Assembly: GCA_965203175.1 (NCBI GenBank)
Contig: OZ241867.1
Coordinates: forward strand, 1,920,001 to 1,984,000
Direction of reading: 5' to 3'
Source of the DNA: Candidatus Latescibacterota bacterium
GTDB lineage: Bacteria > Latescibacterota > UBA2968 > UBA8231
DNA length: 64,000 bases
In this document: piece after piece, positions 57,034 through 64,000 of the stretch
Layout of the letters: every line of letters starts with the position of its first letter
Position numbering within the stretch: position 1 is the stretch's first letter
Notes under the pieces: model-generated
Told to the model about the DNA's origin: nothing
The model's database searches: none
What the model saw: only the letters and a program-made list of their open reading frames with translations
Position numbers and translations under genes: made by a program

Positions 57034-59091
57034 ATGCTCCAAACCATCATTCACTCCACCAAATTTCAGATTCTATCCATTTTCTTGCTAGCGTTGGTAC
57101 TGCGTCTATTCTACCTAGCGGCCATACGCGACGCCCCCTATTTCCACACGCTTGTCATAGACGCCTTTGAATACGACCACTTAGCCACCCAAATCCTGCG
57201 GGGAAACTGGCTCCTCGACCCAGCCGTGGACATGTACGTGCATGGCCCCCTCTACCCGTACCTACTCGCCCTGCTCAAAGTAATCGGCTTCGACCATTTA
57301 GGCATTCTCCTGTTTCAAGCCGTGCTGGGCGCGCTGATCTGCGTCCTGATCCACCGCGTGGCCAGCTACCTTTTTCCCCATCCCATCCCCTTAGTCGCCG
57401 GTCTGCTAGCAGCCGGGTACTGGCCCTTCGTCTTTTACAACGGCCAACTCCTAGCCACAACATTAGTCATTCTCGTCGGATTGGGCTTGGCGGTCCTGCT
57501 CCTGCACTATGCGCCCAATCTGACCTACGGCAGCGCAGTCGGTGCCGGAATTCTGCTGGGCCTGCTGGTCATGGGACGCAGCAACACCCTGCTGCTGTTG
57601 CCCTTGCTCTTGGGATGGATCTACCAGAGCGCCGGTGGTCTTCCCAAGCGCCGGGTCACTTTAGTCTTAGCCTTTGCCCTGACCTTCTTCCTCATTCTGC
57701 TTCCCTTTTTCCTGCGCAACTATCAGGTCCAAGGCACGCCCATACCCTTCCAGGGCGGCTTCAGCTTCTATTTAGGCACCAATCCCGAAGCCGACGGCAC
57801 CCCTTATGTGCGCCAAGGAGCCCATTTCCAACGTCTCGAACTCATGCCTCTCCAACAGGGGTTTGACACTCCAGCGGCAAAGGGGGCCTTTTACACTGCC
57901 GAAGGCCTGCGATTTATTTACCGCGAGCCTCTGGCCTATTTCCATCTGCTCTATTGCAAATTTCGGCTCTTCTGGAACGCTTTTGAGATCCCAGTAAGTG
58001 CGGACCTGCGCTATTACGAGACGCACTTTCCGCTCTACCGGCTTTTCTTACTCAACTTTGGCCTAGTGGTGCCTTTTGCCCTAGTAGGCGTATTGTGGCA
58101 TTGGCGATGGACCTCCGCCTATACCCTGCCGCTCCTTTTCGTTCTGGCCTATCTATCCACCGGGCTCTTATTCGCGGTGTGCGCTCGCTACCGCTTGCCC
58201 GCCCTGCCCTTTTTACTGGTCTTTGCTGCCGCTGGAATTTGGCGTCTGAAGGAACTGCTGACCACCCGGGCCGTTCCACGCCTCGGCGTTTTTCTGCTGC
58301 TGCTGGCAGCGGCCTTCGCCCTAGTGCACACTGGGGTGGAGCCCCGGCAGGTGGACCATTTGCGCTCTCCTTGGCTGCTGGGCCATACTCAATTGCGCAA
58401 CAAGCAGTACGACCAAGCCGTACAGACCTTTACGCGCGGCCTAGAGCAATTTCCCGATGACTCCGACATCTACAACAGCTTGGGCGTGGCCTACCAGTAC
58501 TTGGGCAAGTCTGACGAAGCCGAAGCGGCCTTCCTACGCGCAGTAGAGCTAGTCCCCGATCACGCCAAACCCTGGTTCAATTTGGGCAAACTCTACCTGA
58601 GTCAGCGACGTTTGGAGCAAGCGCGGCACGCTTTTGCGCAAAGCCTAAAACGCGATCCCCGACCAGCCAATGCCCATCCGGCGTACCACAACTTGGGCTA
58701 TGTCTTCTTCTTCCAAAAAGACTTTCAACAAGCTCGCCAAGCCTTTGAACGGGCGCTGCACAACAGAGAGACTGCCCAAACCTATTACAGTCTCTCCCAC
58801 GTCTTTGCCAATCTGAATCTGATAGCCGAACAAATCCACGCCCTCGAACAAGCCGTCCGGCTCAAACCCGACTTTGTCCCTGCCCATCGGAACTTAGGTG
58901 CACTCCATATGCAACGGGGCTCCTACGAGGCAGCGGAAAGCTTCCTGCTCCAAGTCATCAAATACGATGCCCAATCGATCACAGCCCATCGCAATTTAGG
59001 CGTCCTCTACGAGAAAATGGAGCGAACGGAACACGCCCGCCTAGCTCGTGCTCGGGCAGACCAATTGCAGCGCTCAGGTGCTGGCCATTAA
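57034..59091 (+). CDS. Second GT-C (PMT/GT39-like) glycosyltransferase fused to TPRs
   Basis: LRLFY...IDAFEY, GPLYPY, FYLGTNP, RYRLP, C-terminal TPRs. Paralog of 46798-49077. Confidence 0.85.
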   Translation: MLQTIIHSTKFQILSIFLLALVLRLFYLAAIRDAPYFHTLVIDAFEYDHLATQILRGNWLLDPAVDMYVHGPLYPYLLALLKVIGFDHLGILLFQAVLGALICVLIHRVASYLFPHPIPLVAGLLAAGYWPFVFYNGQLLATTLVILVGLGLAVLLLHYAPNLTYGSAVGAGILLGLLVMGRSNTLLLLPLLLGWIYQSAGGLPKRRVTLVLAFALTFFLILLPFFLRNYQVQGTPIPFQGGFSFYLGTNPEADGTPYVRQGAHFQRLELMPLQQGFDTPAAKGAFYTAEGLRFIYREPLAYFHLLYCKFRLFWNAFEIPVSADLRYYETHFPLYRLFLLNFGLVVPFALVGVLWHWRWTSAYTLPLLFVLAYLSTGLLFAVCARYRLPALPFLLVFAAAGIWRLKELLTTRAVPRLGVFLLLLAAAFALVHTGVEPRQVDHLRSPWLLGHTQLRNKQYDQAVQTFTRGLEQFPDDSDIYNSLGVAYQYLGKSDEAEAAFLRAVELVPDHAKPWFNLGKLYLSQRRLEQARHAFAQSLKRDPRPANAHPAYHNLGYVFFFQKDFQQARQAFERALHNRETAQTYYSLSHVFANLNLIAEQIHALEQAVRLKPDFVPAHRNLGALHMQRGSYEAAESFLLQVIKYDAQSITAHRNLGVLYEKMERTEHARLARARADQLQRSGAGH

Positions 59092-59100
59092 CTGGGCTTT

Positions 59101-60402
59101 TCAAAAGCGGATGGTAAAACGGGTCGGCTCGTCTGGAGGGCTTTCGAGGGAAAAGGCAAAACCGTGCCGGCTCAAAATCTCCTGCACCAACGTCAGGCCG
59201 AGGCCGCGCCGGTTTTCCTTGGTGCTGAAAAACGGCGTGAACAGGCTCTCAGCCGCTTCCGGGTCGATACCCGCGCCCGTATCCTCGACCACGGCAAAGG
59301 CCCGGTCTTGGAGCTTGCCTAGACGAATGGTTATCCTGCCGCCTTCGCCAATGGCCTCCACTGCATTTTTCAGGATATTGACAAACGCCTGCTCCATCTG
59401 GTTTTCGTCCATGGCGATGGGTTTCAGGTCCGCCTGAATATCCCAGTCCCACTCGATGTTGCGGCGCTCGCACTCGGCGCGCATCAGCACGGCGATGTCG
59501 CGCAACAGGGCTTCCAAGTCCACGGGCTGCAAGTGCGGTGCCGGCAGTTTGACCACCTCGGCAAAGCTGCGCATGAAGGCGCTGAGATGATCGATGCGGT
59601 CGCTGGCCACTTGCAGGGCGTTTTCAAAATCGCCGCGGTCGGCCTCCCGCAATTGTTCCTTGTAGTTGAGGCACGAGTGCAGCAGGGAATTGACTGCTCC
59701 CGTTGAATTGTTCACCTCGTGTGCCAACAGGCGGATGACTTTCTCGTAGGCCGCCTTCTCCGACAGGCGCAATTCCTCGGTCAATTCCTCCATCAGGATA
59801 AAGCTGCGCGGAAATCCCTGGTCCAAAAACTGCGCCTTGTGACAACGCACTCGCTGCCCTTGCACCGGCAGCACCTGCGACTCACCGACGGCCAAAGCGT
59901 GCAAGGCACAGGCAAATGCCGTGCCCAACTCGTCCAATGACTGGCCGACCACCGCGCTTTCGGCTAGCCCCAGCAGGCGGCTAGCGCTGGGATTGACTAG
60001 AGCGACCTTGCCATCGAAGTCGAGGGTGATAATGCCCGACGGTGAGGCCGTCAGGATCTTGTCCATGAAGTAGTGCTGTTCCTGTAGCCGCGTGCGCTCT
60101 TCGCGCAATTGGTCGATCATGCGGTTGTACACGCGCACGAGCTGATCCATTTCCGGCTGGCCCACTTCGACGAACTTGCTGGTAAAATCGCGCTCGCCGA
60201 TGAGTTCGGCACCCGTGCGGATCAGATCGAGCGGCACCCAAAAATGCTGGATCAAGCGCACGCCGACGGCAAAAGACAGGATGAAGAATGCCTCGATCCC
60301 CAACAGCCAAAACTTTTCTTCGCGCAGCAAGTACCCAGCAAGCCCCGCGAAGACGAGGTGGATCCCGATCAGGTAGAGGATGAGTTTGGTGCGCAGGCTC
60401 AA
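59101..60402 (-). CDS. HAMP/PAS sensor histidine kinase (NtrY/NtrB-like)
   Basis: Two TM helices, LAHEVNN H-box, NILKNAVEA, DTGAGI, FTPFFSTK, GLGL. Confidence 0.92.
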   Translation of the reverse strand: MSLRTKLILYLIGIHLVFAGLAGYLLREEKFWLLGIEAFFILSFAVGVRLIQHFWVPLDLIRTGAELIGERDFTSKFVEVGQPEMDQLVRVYNRMIDQLREERTRLQEQHYFMDKILTASPSGIITLDFDGKVALVNPSASRLLGLAESAVVGQSLDELGTAFACALHALAVGESQVLPVQGQRVRCHKAQFLDQGFPRSFILMEELTEELRLSEKAAYEKVIRLLAHEVNNSTGAVNSLLHSCLNYKEQLREADRGDFENALQVASDRIDHLSAFMRSFAEVVKLPAPHLQPVDLEALLRDIAVLMRAECERRNIEWDWDIQADLKPIAMDENQMEQAFVNILKNAVEAIGEGGRITIRLGKLQDRAFAVVEDTGAGIDPEAAESLFTPFFSTKENRRGLGLTLVQEILSRHGFAFSLESPPDEPTRFTIRF

Positions 60403-61769
60403 GGGTCGATCCCGTATTTCTCAAAGCGGCGGTACAGCGCCGCCCGGCTCAAACCCAACGCCTGAGCCACCCGGCTGATGTTGCCTTGGTAGCGCTCCAT
60501 GCAGCGGACGATCATCGACCGTTCCAACTCGTCGAGGGTCATGGTGCCCGGAGCGGGCAGGTCGCCCGATCCGCTCTGACCTTCCTCAGGCTGCATCGAC
60601 AGGGCCGCGGAGAAGTCGTCGGCCCCCAACACACGGCCGGGACTCATCAGCGCGGTCCGTTCGACCAGTTGCTTCAACTGGCGGATGTTGCCCGGCCACG
60701 GCAGGGTTTGCAACCAACTCAAGGCCGCGGCGTCGATTTCCAAGTCGCGGCGGTAGGCTTGGGCCGCGCCCAGCGCAAAGTGGCGCGCTAGCAGCGGGAT
60801 GTCCTCTGGCCGTTGGCGCAGGGGCGGCAGGTGCAGGACGATGAGGTTGAGGCGGTAGAGCAAGTCCTCGCGGAAGGTGCCCGACTCGACCAATTCCAGC
60901 AGGTTCTGATTGGTCGCCGAGATCACCCGCACGTCCACCGAACGGGTCTTGCTCGACCCCAGCACTTCATAGGTCCGATCCTGTAAAACGCGCAGGAGCT
61001 TGACTTGGCAACTCGGAGCCAAGTCGCCAATCTCGTCGAGGAAGATGGTGCCGCCATCGGCCAACTCAAAGCGGCCGGTGCGATCCTGCCGCGCGTCGGT
61101 GAAGGCCCCTTTCACGTGCCCGAACATCTCGCTGTCGAACAGGGTCGAGGAAATGCCGCCGAGGTTCACTTTGACGAAGGGCTGCTCGCGCCGGCTGCTA
61201 TTGCGGAAGAGGGCTTGGGCGATTTCGTCTTTGCCGGTGCCGCTCTCGCCGGTGATCAGCACCGAGGCGTCGGTGGGTGCGACGCGGCTGACGACTTCGA
61301 GCACCTTGAGCAGTTGGGGGTCCGCGCCGATGATGTTGGCGAAATCGCCTTGGCGATCTAGTTCCTCTCGCGTGATGGTGCGCTCGGTGGCGGGCGTTGC
61401 CGCGGCCAAGCCCAGCGCTGTTTTCACGGCCTGAAGGATCTGTTTGTTGGTCCAGGGTTTGGTGACAAAATCCGCGGCACCGGCCTTGATACCCTGCACG
61501 GCGAGTTCAATGGATCCCCAAGCCGTCATCAAAATGACCGGTACACTGGCCCATCGCTGCTTGATCTCTTGCAACAATTCCATGCCCTCCTCGCCGCTGG
61601 TCTGGCGCGAGAAGTTCATGTCTTGCAAGACCAGTTCGCACCCGCCGCGCTCCAGCCATTCGAGGGCTTCCGCCGGAGACGCGGCAGTCGCGGTCTGGTA
61701 CCCAGCCTGCTTGAGCAGCAGGGACAGCGACGTGGTCACGGAAATATCGTCATCGACGACTAGGATCAT
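60399..61769 (-). CDS. Sigma54-dependent NtrC-family response regulator
   Basis: ILVVDDD...QDMNF...KPW receiver, GESGTGK, GAFTDA, FLDEIG, FREDLLYRLN, WPGNIRQL, Fis HTH. ATG 61769 after GAGGA. Confidence 0.93.
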   Translation of the reverse strand: MILVVDDDISVTTSLSLLLKQAGYQTATAASPAEALEWLERGGCELVLQDMNFSRQTSGEEGMELLQEIKQRWASVPVILMTAWGSIELAVQGIKAGAADFVTKPWTNKQILQAVKTALGLAAATPATERTITREELDRQGDFANIIGADPQLLKVLEVVSRVAPTDASVLITGESGTGKDEIAQALFRNSSRREQPFVKVNLGGISSTLFDSEMFGHVKGAFTDARQDRTGRFELADGGTIFLDEIGDLAPSCQVKLLRVLQDRTYEVLGSSKTRSVDVRVISATNQNLLELVESGTFREDLLYRLNLIVLHLPPLRQRPEDIPLLARHFALGAAQAYRRDLEIDAAALSWLQTLPWPGNIRQLKQLVERTALMSPGRVLGADDFSAALSMQPEEGQSGSGDLPAPGTMTLDELERSMIVRCMERYQGNISRVAQALGLSRAALYRRFEKYGIDP

Positions 61770-61779
61770 TGCCCAGTCC

Positions 61780-62934
61780 TCATCTGCGGCGGCGGCGACG
61801 TTCGGGTTGGGTTCCCAACTGTACCATCTTCTCCATTTGGACACCATTGCGCACTAGTTCGAACGCAACCTCGGTGCCGGGTTTCATACGCCTCAGTAGG
61901 AAGTTTAGTTGGGATGGGGAAGTTATGGGTTTTTCTGCTAGGGTGAGCACGACATCGCCCTGTTCAAAACCGGCCCCTTGCGCGGGGCTATCGTCCTCTA
62001 CTCGGCGGACGACCGCACCACTCTCGCCCTCGATCAACCATGCTCCAAACCAACCCGCCTCATCCGGGGAAAGATATTTCATACCACTCAAATCCAGCAG
62101 ACGGAAAGTACTGGTTTGCTCGTCGTGAGCCACTCTGAAGGTCATCGTAACCTGATTATCCCTGTCGAATTCGCTAGTGGCCTGTTTTGCCCATTCCTTC
62201 CCATCGAAATACTGGACAAATAACTCTGGCCATTCGCCCGCACTCATATTTCTGAAGGCCAAGCGGTGAGTGGCTCTTTCCCTCGGAGGCTCAGACTCCC
62301 GGGGTGTCAGATAGTTAAGATAATCGTCCCCCGGGTACACTTTAATCCCGAACTCGTCGAACAACTCTGTGAACCACTGTAGCTCTTGGTGAGTTGAATC
62401 CGGGCCAAGTTCGAGTTCTGGGGGATAGCGCCCGTCCACCATATTTCTGCCTATAAGTTCGAGCTGATCTAGCAGGGTCGCTTGGAGCCTGTCGTGCTCA
62501 GCCGAGCGCTCGGCCACGACGATGGTCCCCTCAATGACATTATTGGTCTCGTCCGTCTCGGGCAGATTGTCTTCCTTGTCCAAGACCCAGCGATACGTGT
62601 ACGTCCCCGGTTCGGTCGGCTTGAAGTGATAATAGCCTTCGGACATTGAGTAGGTACTAGTCCCGCCCGGCTCCAAACCTCCCGTGCCGTAATCGAAGCT
62701 GACGCGCTTGTCGTCAACGTACAAATCGACCCGATAGGTGCGGCCGGGAATGGCGTCGGTACCTCGGTTGGCCTGATGTTGGACGAATACGACTCCATCG
62801 CCGACCACTACTTCCTCGGGTACATGGACGACTTCGACGGCCACCAAATCGTAATTGCCCTCAGGTGCTTCTTCGAGTGGCGCGGCATACGCCGACGGCG
62901 CAAACAGAAAAACGGCTAACACGAGATAACGCAT
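61780..62934 (-). CDS. Secreted CARDB + PDZ domain protein
   Basis: Signal peptide AYA-A, D.EDNLPETDETNN (CARDB), WFGAWL...V..DSPAQGAGFEQGDVV (PDZ). ATG 62934 after GAGGAAGGA; alternative start 62952. Confidence 0.8.
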   Translation of the reverse strand: MRYLVLAVFLFAPSAYAAPLEEAPEGNYDLVAVEVVHVPEEVVVGDGVVFVQHQANRGTDAIPGRTYRVDLYVDDKRVSFDYGTGGLEPGGTSTYSMSEGYYHFKPTEPGTYTYRWVLDKEDNLPETDETNNVIEGTIVVAERSAEHDRLQATLLDQLELIGRNMVDGRYPPELELGPDSTHQELQWFTELFDEFGIKVYPGDDYLNYLTPRESEPPRERATHRLAFRNMSAGEWPELFVQYFDGKEWAKQATSEFDRDNQVTMTFRVAHDEQTSTFRLLDLSGMKYLSPDEAGWFGAWLIEGESGAVVRRVEDDSPAQGAGFEQGDVVLTLAEKPITSPSQLNFLLRRMKPGTEVAFELVRNGVQMEKMVQLGTQPERRRRRR

Positions 62935-62948
62935 GGTCGATTCCTTCC

Positions 62949-63068
62949 TCATTCGTGATACGGGGCATCGGCCGGAGACGCGGCTGTCGCGGTCTGGTAG
63001 CCGGCCTGCTTGAGCAGCAGGGACAGCGACGTGGTCACGGAAATATCGTCATCTACTACCAAGATCAT
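62949..63068 (-). pseudogene. Truncated 39-codon copy of the response regulator N-terminus
   Basis: MILVVDDDISVTTSLSLLLKQAGYQTATAASPA is identical to the regulator start, then DAPYHE*. RBS retained. Confidence 0.85.
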
Positions 63069-63078
63069 CGCCCAGTCC

Positions 63079-64000
63079 TCATTCGATTCGCGGGCCTGGT
63101 CGGCGGCGTTCGGGTTGAGTTCCCAACTGTACCGTCTTCTCCATTTGGACACCATTGCGCACGAGTCCGAACGCAACCTCGGTGCCGGGTTTCATACGCC
63201 CCAGTAGGAAGTTTAGTTGGGATGAGGAAGCCATGGGTTTCCCTGCTAGGCTGAGCAAGAGGTCGCCTTGTTCAAAGCCGGCCTCTTGCGCGGGACTGCC
63301 GTCCTCTACTTGGTGGACGACCGCGCCACCCCCGCCCTCGTTCTCGATCAACCATACGCCGAGCCAACCCCTCTCATTTAGGGAACGATAACTCACCCTG
63401 CTCGATTCCAGCAGACGGAAAGTACCTGTTTGCTCGTCGTGAGCCATTCTGAAGGTCATTGTTGTAGCCTGATTATCCCTGTCGAGTTCGCTGGTGGCCT
63501 GTTTTGCCCATTCCTGCCCGTCGAAATACTGGACGAATAACTCTGGCCATTCGCGCGTACTCGTATTTCTGAAATCCAAGCGGTGAGTGGCCTTTTCCTC
63601 CGGAGGAGCGAACTCCTGAGACGTCAGATAGTTATAATAATGGTCCCCCGAGTACGCTAAAATCCCGATGTCGTCGAACAACTCTGTAAACCACTGTAGC
63701 TCTTGATGGGTTGAATCCGGGCCAAGTTCGAGTTCGGGGGGATAGCGCCCATCCACCATATTTTTGCCGATGAGTTCAAGCTGATCTAGCAGGGCCGCTT
63801 GGCGTCTGTCGTGCTCGGCCGAGCGCTCGGCCACGACAATGGTGCCCTCAATGACATTATTGGTCTCGTCCGTCTCGGGCAGATTGTCTTCCTTGTCCAA
63901 GACCCAGCGGTATGTGTACGTCCCCGGTTCGGTCGGCATGAAGTGATAGTAGCCTTCGGACATTGAGTAGGTACTAGTCCTGCCCGGCTGCAAACCTCCC
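63079..64000 (-). CDS. CARDB + PDZ paralog (5' end beyond window)
   Basis: Colinear with 61780-62934, and the frame stays open to the window edge. Confidence 0.85.
   Translation of the reverse strand, partial: GGLQPGRTSTYSMSEGYYHFMPTEPGTYTYRWVLDKEDNLPETDETNNVIEGTIVVAERSAEHDRRQAALLDQLELIGKNMVDGRYPPELELGPDSTHQELQWFTELFDDIGILAYSGDHYYNYLTSQEFAPPEEKATHRLDFRNTSTREWPELFVQYFDGQEWAKQATSELDRDNQATTMTFRMAHDEQTGTFRLLESSRVSYRSLNERGWLGVWLIENEGGGGAVVHQVEDGSPAQEAGFEQGDLLLSLAGKPMASSSQLNFLLGRMKPGTEVAFGLVRNGVQMEKTVQLGTQPERRRPGPRIE

Larger units (their letters stand above)
61672..64000. repeat. Tandem duplication with a period of about 1.3 kb (61672 onward vs 62971 onward)
   Basis: Similarity starts sharply at gccggagacgcgg in both copies and runs to the window end (about 62683 vs 64000). 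Confidence 0.9.

Noticed and set aside
1-64000. TAG recoding (pyrrolysine or alternative code) suggested by frequent CTAG
   Set aside because: TAG ends genes at their expected termini (e.g. pdxT, RidA, 43947), and no recognised gene is interrupted by an in-frame TAG.
1-64000. CRISPR array, tRNA/rRNA, IS element or prophage
   Set aside because: No spaced direct repeats, cloverleaf, or transposase, integrase or phage genes were seen by eye. A tRNAscan/Infernal run would confirm.

Overview
Gene-dense bacterial window with moderately high GC. I saw no rRNA, tRNA, CRISPR array or transposase. The gene content suggests Candidatus Latescibacterota/Handelsmanbacteria or Poribacteria, probably sponge-associated; this is an inference from five PhyH dioxygenases, ankyrin/NHL/TPR proteins, FlgD-Ig/CHU_C-type C-terminal domains and a TAVExTSWGxIK tail. 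1-24 kb: end of pdxT, then a patchwork of catabolic genes (amidohydrolases, a SelA-like PLP enzyme, MenC/NAAAR, amidase, RidA, gluconolactonase, PhyH) and a VapC/Phd toxin-antitoxin pair. 24-35 kb: one minus-strand operon, TPR lipoprotein > TPR-FG-GAP-ASPIC/UnbV > BCCT > TonB-dependent receptor > 2x DUF1538 > P-II > CBS. 35-59 kb: a putative surface-protein export and maturation locus. It holds an exported thioredoxin-fold selenoprotein that the ORF track splits in two (in-frame UGA in a UxxC motif followed by a SECIS-like hairpin), a double-parvulin PPIase lipoprotein, four paralogous large secreted proteins ending in F(T/S)PNGDG domains (two are a recent tandem duplicate), a likely outer-membrane protein, two PMT/GT-C-TPR glycosyltransferases and a CBM9-like protein. 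59-64 kb: an NtrB/NtrC-like two-component pair and a tandemly duplicated CARDB-PDZ gene whose duplication carried along a fragment of the regulator. Differences between paralogs repeatedly fall on CCWGG sites, consistent with 5mC deamination.
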